Under the pieces are notes generated by a model. That model was not told where the DNA came from. It did not search any database and saw only the letters and a list, made by a program, of their open reading frames with translations. Shown piece by piece: positions 1 through 12,740 of a stretch of 64,000 nt of DNA. This DNA comes from Saccostrea cucullata (Eukaryota). Location: assembly GCF_032062105.1 (NCBI RefSeq), contig NW_026941528.1, positions 1 to 64,000 of the forward strand. Reading direction: 5' to 3'. The position numbers and the translations under genes were made by a program. Position 1 is the stretch's first letter. Every line of letters begins with the position of its first letter.

Positions 1-792
1 CTTAAATACAACAAATCTTTAATCAAGATATCAGCTTAATCTGTGAATAAAGTCAACTCCGATGCAAAACGCGTTAATAAAGAAACAAAATACCACAACC
101 CTAGAAAGCAATCAGCCCTCTGGATCTCATAATAAACACAAAAGTAAAAATTACAACAGGGAATACAACAATAATTGCTGAATCTGGATCTGGTCCCTAT
201 AGTGATGAATATAAAATTGAAACGATACTAGAATGACAGAATATAATAGATATCCTCATAGACATGCTTAGATCTGGGTTTTACTCATCACTTCTAAACA
301 AAATAAGCCAGTCAATTCCTTATCGTAGAGCTTCTCAAACGTCTGCTCGGGCGAATGGCGAGAAGACGGGGAGGGCGTTGACGGCAACGCGGTCTGGCCA
401 TGTTGCCTAGTGGTAGGATGTTTGCCTTCTGATCCTTCTTAACCTTTTAAACCTGCTCTAATTCTCTTTTCGCGCAGCCTAAAATCTAAGACGTAAATAT
501 TGGAAGCAACTGTTCTGTCACGAAGTATCCGGTAATAATTCGTATAAAATTTTATCACTAAAATTAGTAGGATGTGTTTCAATTACCTTTCAAATATTTC
601 AGTATAGTTACTAAAAACCAACAAAATGTACATTTAGCAAAATGATCTGTGAGTTAAATAGATGCAGATATCAGTAACTATAAGTTTTATACTATTGATT
701 TAGAATGGATAAAAAAGCCTACATTGTATATAAAGCAATTAATTAGAATACTATATTATGCGCATTTTATTCCATTGTACGTGCTCATTGTA

Positions 793-1008
793 CCGTAAAA
801 TCATTTTAATTCGTAGGAATCAATGTTCATGGATAAACATTTTTTTTTGGTTATGGGGACATAATTGTATTGGTAACACAATTATTCATGAAATTAAAAA
901 TAAAATAAATATGTAGACAAAAATGCTTTGTGGATGTAAATTCGTAGATAACGGTGACTCACGAAATCCAAGAACATCGGTACAACACGGACATTGGTGA
1001 TTCCACAG
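793..1008. mobile_element. Non-autonomous Tc1/mariner-type MITE
   Basis: Ends TA|CCGTAAAATCA ... TGATTCCACAG|TA; internal TTCGTNG/CACGAA motifs shared with the better-preserved copy at 60390-61065. Confidence 0.55.
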
Positions 1009-1319
1009 TATCGGTTTTCTTTTTAATGAGCTTCTACACTGCACATAATCCATACCATATTCCTATAAATCTGTGATGTTTCTAGGAAGATAGATTTCGG
1101 GGACTAATTGAAACACAGGCAGGACGCATCAAAAGTAGGTGAGTAATGACTTACCACATCATGAACTTATATAATTATGGATTGAAAAAAAACATACAGT
1201 TTGTAAGCATTGTAAATTTACAAGGCGCGAATTTCTTGAAATAATCAAAAAATAAAAAAAAAACACAATAAGGTGGTGAATAAAAAGAGAAATATATGAG
1301 AAAAAGAACAAAATGTTTA

Positions 1320-2005
1320 CGTTGTTTTTGTTTCGTTAAGGCCTTTAACTCGACTTTTAGATATATTGACGACGTACTGTCAATTAAGAATGGTAACTTC
1401 CATTCCAAGAGCGATACGATATATCCATGAGAGCTTGACAAAAATATACCACAGAGTCGGACATATCTGTCTTATACTTGGATATTTAAATTAAAAAAGA
1501 CGTTAATGGTAACCTAACAACCAAGCTATGTGATAAACGTGACGGCTTTAACTTTTCTATCGTCACCTTTCCTTACTTATGCAGCAATATATCTCCATCA
1601 CCTGCATACGGAGTGTATATATCTCTGTTGATTCAATATGCAAGAGCATGCTCTACGTATGAACAATTTCTGAAACGAGGTAAATTATTGACAAGGAAGT
1701 TGATGAAACAAGACTATCAGCAGTCTCGTTTAAAGTCATCATTTCGTAAGCTCTATGGTCGATACAATCATCTTGTCAGCAAATACAATTTATCATTACG
1801 TCAAATGCTGACTGACATTTTTTATTCTAATTGTTAGTCCATTATGTATACACTGAATTGATGACGGATTTCTCCGTTATTTCAAGATCATGACAAGGAG
1901 CTCACGGCACCTCTGGTGTTTCTGAGGTCCTTGTTAGGTCTGCTCCTATTTTGTATTTTTATGGTCTTTGATATTGAATGTTGTTCGTTATCTCCATATC
2001 CTTCG
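1320..2005 (+). mobile_element. Penelope-like retroelement 3' fragment (RT C-terminal half + 3' UTR)
   Basis: Translates as FRYIDDVLSI...KLCDKRDGFNFSIV.FPYLCSN...PAYGVYISLLIQYARACS...SFRKLYGRY with stops/frameshifts; homologous to copies at 7531 and 25975. Confidence 0.8.
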
Positions 2006-2322
2006 TATAATATTGTATACTTTTTTTCTATAACTCATTGAAGTTCTATAAATGGCAGTTACCCAAACCATGAAGATAGTTTTGATAGTTTGGTCCTTAC
2101 ATGTTGTCCATCAGGGTCCGTCTCCCACTGGGCTCAGCTTTGTAAAGACGCATTCTCACTAGCAGGATATCGATACACGGGTAAAATGTTTTATTCATCT
2201 ATCTTTTTTTTTTTAAAAATCTGACAAAAATAAAAACTAAACCTTAGAGAATCCATACTAGTCATTCTTTTTTAAATTATATTTAATTAATGTTAATCAA
2301 TCATTCCATCATTTATTTACAG

Positions 2323-2672
2323 AAAAGGAGATAGTAGCCTTTCAAGCCAGAGCTAATACAAGACAAGTGGGTATCCCTAAACACCACACCGTCAAGTTTG
2401 GTTTGGTGATAACCAAAAGGCATAGCTTTGAAAAGTCGGGTACTGCCACTGCAAGGATAGAATTACAAAAGGGAGAGAAAGTGTGGGTGAGAACATCCAG
2501 TTTTGGGTCAGATGCCCATTCTGTTTGGCCCACATTTGGAGGACATAAGTTGTTAAGGAATTATAAATCGTTTAACAAAATAAAGTTAACGTTCCATGAA
2601 GAATTACTTCTGCATTTTTTTTTTAATTTCATTAAGAAAATACCGTTTAAGATCAAATTTGAGATAAAGTAA
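2323..2672 (+). pseudogene. C1q-domain (gC1q/C1qDC) terminal exon with internal deletion
   Basis: tttacag acceptor at 2316-2322, then KEIVAFQARA...HTVKFGLVIT joined directly to SGTATARIELQKGEKVWVR...WPTFGGHKL. First and last gC1q strands are recognisable; the central TGxFxxPxxGxYxF part is absent. Confidence 0.7.
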
Positions 2673-3860
2673 ATGTAGCAGTATGAAATGATAAACACAT
2701 AAAAGCGCAAACAAAAGATGCATTCAAATCAAAAATACAGTGAATTAAAAAGAAATGCAAGTAATGTTTGTTTGCTAAAATTAATGCAATTCGGGATTTC
2801 TGTTTAGACTGCCTAATCCAGACAAATGTCCTTTTACATGTTTTTGAAAGATGAAAGTATAAATTTAAAGCTTATACTAGGGATAATCAAAGTATTGTTT
2901 GAGTGTTCGTCGTTTTTCAATGCAGTTCTCTGGGATTTTGATGCACATCTGCCAATCCGCAAATATGCAAATCAGTGATCCGTGCAATCACTTGATGTGC
3001 TCCATAGCGTTTCACAATTCACAAAAAAAAAAAAAAAATCAGTCATATTTCTTACCAAGGAAGTTATAATTTTTACATAAGAGCAATCCTTTTGTCACAA
3101 TGGCCAAATTTTGAAATAAGGATGGTTCTTAACAGATTGAGCATGGTGGCCTTCACAACCTAAATCATATGACTTTAGACCTTTATTTATTGAATGGAGA
3201 TATAGTATACGCACTTTCTTGAAAAAGGTCATACAAGTGTATATATTTTAAGTTTAAAATAAGATATTTTAGTTATTCAAAGATTTAAGCATTTTCAACT
3301 TTTTTCTTTCCGAGTCTTGGAGATCTTTGACAACAAATTGCTCAACGTAGTCCACAGTTCTCTAGTTTGGTCTCAATATACTCATTTCCCTTCCTTCACT
3401 TAGACAGTCATTCCAAACAATAATTAAATTCTGACGATTCCCTTGTCTTCAAAAACCTTTTACAAATTCTTATATGACACCACAGAAGAATTTCTTAGAT
3501 ATATAATGTGCTTAGCTTCTTGTGCTCAAGCATGACTGAACCAACCACTAATTCTTTCATAAGGCATGTATATATATTAGCGCCATGTAACCATTGTGAC
3601 GTCAGATACACGAATCAAAACAGTACATATCTGTTTGTATAACAATTGTTTCGCTATTTTTTCGATATTTTATTCTGATATAAATTGCAGTATTGTATAT
3701 ATAGAGAGATATTTCGCAAACGTTTTGATCCTAACACTTGTTGCTTCAAAATAACTAGCGTTAAAACAGACGAAACTGGATTAGTTTAAATGGCTACGTT
3801 GCATGTGGAATGTACAACCTTCATTGACTCTTTGAATTTTTAATTTACCTTCATATTTAA

Positions 3861-4880
3861 AGGGAAGAAGGACTTTTAGCTGAAAAAATACCTGTCGTTA
3901 TTTTTTTTTTCATTTTTTGTATATCTTTTATTTAGTTTGTCCCACATACCTTAAAGCAGATTTATCAATAGATTTCTAGACTTATTTTTGAGATATTGAC
4001 TGACAAATACTACACCCTACAGTGTCTAAGTGGAGTTTTGATTCTCAATGGTTATGGGCCCATAAATCGGTCCATAATAGTTTTTTTCAGCACAGCTAAA
4101 AAATATGTCTGAGGACCTGTGTCTTTTAAATTTTTTTTTGAGCGAAATAGGGTTAAAAATTCGAAAAAGAAATATTCTTTTGTCACACCGCATCTGGAGA
4201 CGGAAAATAACGTACTTTAAAAGACAACTAAAAAAATAAAAACAATTATTTGCAAAAAATCCTACCGTTCACTATCAAAAATTTTACGTTAAAATGCAAG
4301 ATCGTCATGTTATTTATTAACTGTAGAAATATCAATTGTTGAAGCTAAGCTGAATATTCCACAGGGCATAGTTAAAGAAGACATGAGCTTGAGAAAAAAA
4401 AGTCTCATGTTCACGTTTCTCGAGTACGGGAAATCCCAACTGTGATGTCACTTATTTACAAAATAAGCGAAATAAGACATGCCTACAAAATATTTCCGTC
4501 AAGAACCACGTAAAAAAATTGTGTTCCCTAATTTACAAAATATCCTATCATATACTGATCATGACCCGTTTTTATGATATTATACTACCCATATTTTACT
4601 GTGTATAATATTTCTGTACTAAGAAATCCACTGTGACGTCAACGACTCGTTGGACGTGCCGTGTAGGGAAACAGAAGTGTGGATCAATCTATTCTGTAAT
4701 TTGATAATGTTTGCTAGAAAGTTTGAATCTTTTTAGATATTTTTATACAAAGTGGTGAACTCAAACAAACAGTAAAACAATTATACAAGTACTGTGGTTT
4801 CAGTCTTGTTTAAAACGTATTTTCCAGGGACTATGACGTAATTAAATCTAGTCTTGTGACCATACATCCTTCATGCCCCC
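3861..4880. mobile_element. Kolobok-like non-autonomous DNA transposon (degenerate)
   Basis: TTAA on both sides; imperfect TIRs AGGGAAGAAGGA / TCCTTCATGCCCCC. Confidence 0.4.
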
Positions 4881-5071
4881 TTAAGCTACACGGGAAAATA
4901 GACAAAAAACAACACAATAGAGATACTATGGTTGTAAACTCACTTATAAAAATAGGATTGCCTCAAATAGTGACTGACACTCCGCTGAAATATTATTTTA
5001 ATTTTTTTTAAAATGAAGAAAAAACCACATTTCTTATCGTTCATATTCATATTACAATAATATAATTTCAC

Positions 5072-5421
5072 TTGTATCAAGCAATTTCATTGGCTGAATC
5101 ATTCAGAGGAACATATAACATTTTGTATAACATAACTTGCCTACGTCACAATGAGTTACGTCAAAAACGTATTACTCCGCTTGACGTTACTTTTAAAATA
5201 TTGCTCAGTTTGAAGCCTTTTCCCGGAGGAAATATTGTCTTATTGTCTGCACTAAAATTAAATCATAAGGAATGAAGCTAATTTTAACTTATGTTATCCG
5301 ATATAACAAAACTTGGGGCAGTTTACGCTTTCTTATAAACCGCTTCGCGGTTTATAAAGCGTAAACTGCCCCAAGTTATGTTATATCGGATAACATAAGT
5401 TGAAATAAGCTTCATTCCTTA
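5072..5421. mobile_element. Fold-back element with terminal ~155-bp palindrome (Crypton-like non-autonomous?)
   Basis: 5266-5421 is a near-perfect palindrome (TAAGGAATGAAGCT...AGCTTCATTCCTTA) with apex CCGC-TTC-GCGG. Confidence 0.55.
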
Positions 5422-7530
5422 AATAACATAAGAGTTTTAAAGAGATATGGACTACTATAAAAATATACGTGTAAAAAGACCAAGTATCAACGTACGTAAA
5501 AGTCTTCAAAAACCTGTTGAGTCTTATAATTGCATAGCGCTCTATCCGAACTATTTGCTTATAAACAGCTAAAAAAGGAAGATAAATAGGCGGGTTGACT
5601 TTTCGTAAGTCTCCTTTATCAAAGTGAATGAAGTTTATCATTTGTAATTTTTGTTGTATGAATTTTACTAGATTTCGCAATTCCGGTGTTCTTGAAAATA
5701 TGAACAAAAAGCAATTTAAGTAAAATTTACTCATTAGTTACCCAAACGTTGAAAGGTATATAGTGATCGGAATATCCGTTCGTCTGTTATGGTTTAGGGT
5801 ACAGCTGTACCCTACTCTAATCTGCAACTATTCCTATACCAATGGATAAAATTCAGAAATACTTTCACATATGCCTTATCACATGCCTTTGAACATCAGT
5901 TATTAAACTTATCGGCCTGGCACATAGTCCGGGGCTAGCAGAGGAAAACAAACAGATTAGACCTGGATATTAAATACATGTGTAACGTTCAATGCTCACA
6001 ATAGCTTTTGATTACTTTTGATATATGAGTGGATCTTAATTATCTGAATGCAATAACGCCCCTTTTCATTTTATTTTATTTTTTGGAAATGCAAATTGGT
6101 ATTTGCATGAGTTTACTTTGATAGGTTATACAATATGTTATCTTTTTTGCTCTACTTCACTGGTGGTTTTGATGGATATATAGTATTTTCAACTTTAAAA
6201 TGGAATGAGATTGAATTAGTCGGTGAGGTACTAGAATTGCTAGTGAAAAATTGTCAGATTGTTTCTGATTATTAAGAAATGAAAATCGTGCAGAAAATAG
6301 ACCAAATTGATCTCGAGCTTTAGGATTTCATAAATATTTAAATTAACAAAAAGAAAGAAATATTGAAATTTTTTGTATATTACACTGAGCATCATCATAT
6401 TATTTTGTTCAAATCTTCACCGTTCTATTGAATTTATAAAGCAGAATGTAATCTGACATTCAAACAAAGTTATTTGAAAAATCAATGAAAAACTTTCAAG
6501 ATAAAAGATTACAAGGGAGTTGTAAACATTTAATCTTAGACTTACTTGTCAGGCGAGTCAATAATTTAATCGTTGTATTAATATCATGATAGATCTGTTT
6601 CTATCGTTTTCTGAAATCCACTACGTCAGGGTAAATACCATGGCAATAGCCTTGTTATCAGATAAGATTCAAACGACGACTTCCTAGTAGCTGACGATAA
6701 AGATTCTGTTTTCTAGAGACCTGAACCTGAACTAGTAAGTTACATTTCCTGCATCATTTTAGGTAATACGGGGTTTTTATCTCTAATTTTAAGATTGTCT
6801 TCAAAAGGTTATAAAAAGAAATGGAAAATCAAATTGACACTGATGGTTTTTTGATGATTTACGTTTTGACACATATTCAGTGTTTATTGAATTATGTCAT
6901 TAGGATATGTTAATATACACAAAATAAAATGACCTCATAAAGACAACTGTTTACTATACAAGTATAAACAGATGTATGCTTAACAGGTGTGTCCTTAAGT
7001 AGTAGTTAGAGTGCAGACTATTAATCATAAATAGAAAATGTGTTGGGAACGCAAGTGTGAAAAAAGCATCCACTTTATATAGATATCATTGTCCGAGGAA
7101 CCACGTAACAGATTAATCATGAAATCACCACGAGCTGGAAACATAGGATAATTTGCATGATGGTCGAAAATTGATTTTCTGTATTAATTCTTCAAACATT
7201 ATTGAAATTTACATGGGATTTCGTGCCTTTTGAATCTAAGAAGACAGTATTATTTTTGGAAATTAAATTTTATTACATTTTCATTATGTTCATTTCACAA
7301 TTAAATTGAAATATAAGAAACGCTTTCTAGAATGTGTGGTATGCCATGGTCATCTACATATACTGGAAAGCTGTGATAACGGACTGTGTAAAACTTTTTT
7401 TGTATGGAGAGAGATTTATTACGATCAGTCGAATGATTACTTTAACATTCACTTCTGAAATGGACGTTTTTCCACTTCCTTTTACATTAATTGTCTTTTT
7501 CATTTGTTTCATACTGAGATATTTTTCTTA

Positions 7531-8072
7531 ATAAAAACAACAATGTTAATCTAACAACTAAGCTATATGATAAACGTGATGACTTTCACTTATCTATAAC
7601 TTCCCTTAATAATGCAACGATATACCTTCATCTCCTGCATACGGAATGTAAATATATCAGTTGATTCGATACGCAAGAGCAGTCTCTAAAATGAATGAAT
7701 GTATTGACAAGCAAGTTGATAAAACAAGAATATCAACAGTCTCGTTTAAAGTCATTATTTCGTAAGCTTTATGGTCGATACAATGAACTTGTCAGCAAAT
7801 ACAATTTATCATTGTCAAATGCTGACTGACGTTTCTCATACCAATTGGTTGTCCATTATTTATGCACTGAAATGACAAGGGATTTTTCCGTTATTTCCCG
7901 ATTATGACAAGGAACACATTGCGGATGAGACCATTCAGCATTGGATGCTCACTCCTCCATGGTACATGATCCCACTTGTGATGTTTCGGGGGTCCGTGTT
8001 TGCTCTGCCCCTATTTTGTATTGTGTTTTGGACTTTGATATTGAATACTGTACGTTATTTCCCGATTCTTCT
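7531..8072 (+). mobile_element. Penelope-like retroelement 3' fragment
   Basis: Aligns by eye with 1500-2005 and 26575-26975, including the conserved 3' UTR. Confidence 0.8.
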
Positions 8073-8117
8073 GGTAATCTGTGTTTCTGATACGTCTTAC
8101 TCATAAGTTTATATTAA

Positions 8118-8331
8118 GGAGGCTGGGTGGTTTACAAATAAAACACAAATTAACCACCAGACTAACGTAGTTTTTTAGATATGATATCTTAAGCTGTCAA
8201 CTATCATTTGGCTAAGAAAAATTTCAAAAATGTTAGTTATAAAATTTGATCATTTCTTATATCTTCATATGGAACTCTTCTTCTATAGGAGATAAACATG
8301 GTCTAAAAATGGCCACATCCCGCCAGCCCCC
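8118..8331. mobile_element. Kolobok-like MITE
   Basis: TTAA|GGAGGCTGG ... CCAGCCCCC|TTAA. Confidence 0.55.
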
Positions 8332-10160
8332 TTAATTGTGTTTTAGATAAGAAACATACGAATGTTAGTTTATAAGGTAATTTAAGATTTAATTGTTTTT
8401 AGAGGTTCTTTTCACGAAAACTCAATCATGGTTTCTTCCTGTGTGTATATGATATTCGGAATTCTGATATTAAGCTGGTGAGTATGGATGATTTTTATTC
8501 ATCAGATTCTATGCTTATTCATTTCATTTTTTTATGTTTAAAAGTTGAATATTTTTTAAACTTTCGACTGTTATGTACTCTCTATATCTTTTGCATTCTC
8601 ACTCCCTTTATCTATCTATCTTTTTCACTCTTTTTGATTGATTGTATTGCTGTTTACAGCCATACGACTTACTTAACAGCAGTGGAATTTGATCACTTCG
8701 TTCTATCCTTTCAATGGCCAGTTAAATTTTGCAAAAATCAGAAGGTAACTGAAAGTAAAAATAATCAAAAATCAAAACGATGAAATCAATGACAAGTTAC
8801 TTAATTTAACGTAATATAATACTTTCACACGTTATGAAATAGATATTTATTTTCAACAATCCTTAATCTGTATTTGTAAGGGGAATATGGCTGGTGATCG
8901 GATATCCTTTCTATAATTAAATAAAATCTCGTTTGATGCCTGGAGGAGTATTCGTGCATCCAAATAAATTGCCATCTTAACGTCCTTCGGCAAGTGAACT
9001 GGAAGATATTAGCATACTTTTTTTCAATCTTGAATATATCTGGAAGAACAGATCTAATTAAGTGACAGTTTTGAGCAGAATGGTTTCTTTTCGGTGAATT
9101 TATCTTTAACTTATTTCAATAATTGGATGAATTGGATGAAATATTTCTGTAAATGTCGAAGCTTCGAAAACTTACGTTGAACATGAGTTACTTTGTAAGT
9201 AATTGAAAAAAAATGGCACTTTAATCCCTGTACATTTGACATTTAAAACTGCAGAAGGTTATTCGTCATTCACTTCATATATTTTTATCCGTGATTGATA
9301 TTATCGAAGTGTTTTCAAGTGTCTGCTTTGAAATTCTCTCCTCTCTCGCCTCTATTTTCTTTCTCCTCTACTCTCTTTTCCTCACCACTGCCTTTCACTT
9401 TCTTCTGTATCTCTTTTTGTTCTCTTTCTCTTTCCTTATTTTCTTTTTCGTCTATATCCCTTTTATTACCAATAACGATTCTTTAAGCATATACGTCATA
9501 TAAATAGGTCGTACCAATGGCAAAAACATGGCACATGTGCTGATGTTGAAGACACAAGGACAGTGGCGCACTATTTTAGCAAGGCCACTGAATTGGCTCT
9601 TCTCTATAATATTTCAGCGTGAGTTCCACCTAAGGCATTCCTATTTTATTATTTTTTTTTGTCGGTTTCAGTTCAAAAGAAAAGGCATTAATATTTTTAT
9701 TGATATTTTTATTTTTAAAATTCATATCAGAATCTTGAAGAAGAGACAAATTATGGAAGGCAACAATATCCTGGTAGGTTTTAATTATGATTCAGAAGAT
9801 AACCATTCAATTCTGTATGTCGAAAAACCTTTTATGAGTATATTTTCGAAGTCAAACCAAGTTCAATAAAATAATAAGAAAACGTATTTTGTTTTTTTGC
9901 TCTTTACTCAGATTCCAGAAATAGAAGATAGTTTCAGAATAGAAACAAAGCATCGACCTTATATTCTTCTTAAAGATGTAGGACGAAAGGTAATCCATTG
10001 ATAAAAATATATTTGCATCAACTTGAGGATTCAATCTACTACTGAATTACAAGAATATAGTTTTATGTTTTTGTTCCCAAAAATTTGTTTCTGCATTACT
10101 TTTGTGCATATTTATATAATTTAATATTGAAAATGAATTATATGAATACTTATTCCTTTA

Positions 10161-11201
10161 CGCAGTACAGTTAAGGTGCGCAATGGAAATACCCAGTACA
10201 TTTTGTATTTAAAAATGTATTCGTAATCGGGATGGCGATTATTTTTAGTACATTGTTTATATCGGATAATTGTAATTATGATTAGTAACTACATATCGAG
10301 GACGATTATATTTTATATTTAGACTAGTCACGTGATGCGACAGTCACGCGATTTTAGCACATTGACTTTAAGTATTGATGTTACATATAAATATCACTAG
10401 TGCAAGGGCATAACCAAGTTAAATTACCAAGTTTAGTACATAAATATTTTCAACACGTATTGTAGTTTCTAAAAAGTGCTGCGATCCTGTTTAAATTCTG
10501 CAATTTTTTCGTTAAAATTATACTTGTATGACAGAATGCTATATTTTTTGCTGGTCAGCGGCATGAAATATTGATATAATTCAATTGTTTTTACGATTTC
10601 ATCAGGATCGCAGCACTTTTTAGATACCTTAATAGTTCTAAAGTTAAAATGTAAAAGCTTACTTTGATCCATAGAGAGTATGCCCTTGCACTAGATCGAT
10701 TTATTAAGACCCCCCACATTACCCTCCGATGTACTTGCATACAAATATACCACAGTGTCAATTAAATACGTAATGTACAGAAAATATATTAATAAAACAG
10801 TGAAGAAGACATTAAATTCTAGTTATTGGCCCATAGAATATCGTAAATAATATTTTATTTAATTATAAAATACATATTTTGTTGAGAAAATATTACTTGA
10901 TATGTCTCCCACTGCATACAAACTACGTCACGTTGTAAGAAATGACGTCATATTGACAAGTGTATTGCGATCAGTGACTTGTTAATAAATTGCTATGTGG
11001 GATTTAACTAACGACAAAACAACACGCTGTTGTAAGTTTTTATGTTCCTTGATGATTTCTTAATGGTTAAATTAGAAGATAAACTCATTTTGTGGTATTT
11101 TAAAGAAATGCTGTATGACGTATATTGTGTATGATGTCATAGTCAAGTTTTCCCGTACAAATTAGGCTCCGCCTCCTTTTTGTAACCTTAACTGTGCTGC
11201 G
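10161..11201. mobile_element. Non-autonomous TIR transposon, CGCAGTACAGTTAAGG family
   Basis: 17-bp TIR with 1 mismatch, TA on both sides, nested internal inverted repeats; same termini as 32145-35576. Confidence 0.75.
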
Positions 11202-11463
11202 TAGTTTTTTTCATGCTATTTTGTTTGTTTTCAGCCCTTATGGTTGTGGGATGTCCAACTCTGTTTTAGTAAAACTTTTAGTTTGATTGATTGCCATAGA
11301 AGAAATATATACCAAGGTCCTCTCTTGTACCCGAGCCTTACTCCCAGCCCTGCTGGTCACTCGATATCACCAGATAACGGAGAATGTCGAAATACAGCAC
11401 AAACGGCCTTGCTCTCCCTTGTATTTGTTATACTTTGCAGTGTTCTGTAAGGAGACACTTTAA

Positions 11464-12566
11464 CGAGGCCCGATCTAGTTGAAAATTACGAAAACGGAAT
11501 GATAAAAAATTTTAATTTTTGGAAATATTTTTGTATGTATTATGCTAAGAAAAATAAGAACGAAATTTTGTTACATTGCCTCTATTGTAGTCAAATGGGG
11601 GCACTGTCAAGATATGGACCATTTTTCGTGTTTTTATACACAATTACATAGTAAAACTCTCCAAAAAACAAAGAAATTGAAAATTTAAAAAAAATACATG
11701 ATGAAATGTTTTGTTTTTCACATATATCATGCAATTTTTATTCTTCTTATAAAAAATGAAAAGAAAATTGGAGGTAGCCTTTATTGCAGTGAAAAGGGGG
11801 CATATCAAAACGCAAAATTGGGGTGTGTTTTATCCAACTAGATATGAAATAAGTCGCCATGGGTTTACATAACATCAACAAACAATTGCAATACTATATT
11901 AGTTTCTAAAAAATAAATAAACTTTAATACATTCTAAAATAATTTCCTCTCCATGCTTTTTTTTTCTTAACATGCGACGTTGTTATACGTGGGAAAAAAG
12001 GGGGTGGGGGGAGGGGGGTAAAGGCGACAAATGACGTAATATCATATAATACATGTATACATATAAAAAAAATATATATCGGGGGTTGTATTTAAATGAT
12101 TCATAGACTGATTTATTTTAACTCAAACTAATCCATGCATACTTAAGTCCTCAGTAAAAAAGGGTGTGTATAAACAATTCAACACGTTCAAGGAGAAAGA
12201 CTAAAATCGTTTACTTTTGGTTGTAGTGTTTGTTTTTTTTTAACTCACAAATTGAAATAAAACAAGGTAAAATTAATGTATATGTACCAAGAAATTGATA
12301 CCTCAAAATAAATCATGATCCAAAGTTGTTTATTAATTAAAAAAAATCTTTAAAAAACATCTAAATAATAGAAATACCAGCTTTCAACATGTACATTCTA
12401 TAGAGCTGCCAGGTATGCAAGATCAGTGAAGCATTTTAGCGCAATTTGACGTCATTTTAATTATGACGTTATTGTGTTCAATTGTGACGGCAGTCAAGGG
12501 TACTATGACGTGCCTGAGTCGACGCTGCGTTAAAACGTATGCGCAGTTCAAGTAGATCGGGCCTCG
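11464..12566. mobile_element. Non-autonomous TIR transposon flanked by TTAA
   Basis: TTAA|CGAGGCCCGATCTAGTTGAA ... TTCAAGTAGATCGGGCCTCG|TTAA (20-bp TIR, 1 mismatch). Confidence 0.8.
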
Positions 12567-12609
12567 TTAATACAAAAAAACCCAGATTGCTTTATTTCAG
12601 GAGAGCAAT

Positions 12610-12740
12610 ATGGCACCTCCAAGTCACCTGATCCTAACTATGATGTTTCGGGGGTCCGTGTTTGCTCTGCTCCTATTTCGCATTGTTTCGTGGGTTTTCT
12701 GAGCTAGAATATTGTTCGTTATCTCTATATATTCCATGCC
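12610..12740 (+). mobile_element. Penelope-like 3' UTR fragment
   Basis: CACCTGATCC...GATGTTTCGGGGGTCCGTGTTTGCTCTGCTCC matches the other copies. Confidence 0.65.

Larger units (their letters stand above)
2920..10050 (+). pseudogene. Possible heavily decayed LRR/Toll-like receptor pseudogene broken up by TE insertions
   Basis: Collinear + strand remnants with stops/frameshifts: QIEHGGLHNLNHMTLDL (~3133), FRVLEIFDNKLLNV (~3308), DLFLSFSEIHYVRVNTM (~6592), NNP/LICICKG/IWL LRRCT-like (~8855), MSKLRKLTLN (~9153), FNYDSED (~9780), EIEDSFRIETKHRPYILLKDV (~9918, TIR-like). Confidence 0.3.

Noticed and set aside
304-484. GC-rich stretch with a WPD-like peptide on the minus strand
   Set aside because: Stops in each minus-strand frame examined and no other phosphatase motif; origin unresolved
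1850-1900. SECIS element in the Penelope-like 3' UTR
   Set aside because: ATGA and GA are present but there is no apical AA at the expected spacing; SECISearch would be needed
9291-9503. Hydrophobic F/L/S-rich ORFs and the many other 60-100-aa ORFs in the track
   Set aside because: Low-complexity pyrimidine or AT-rich sequence, or TE interiors; expected by chance
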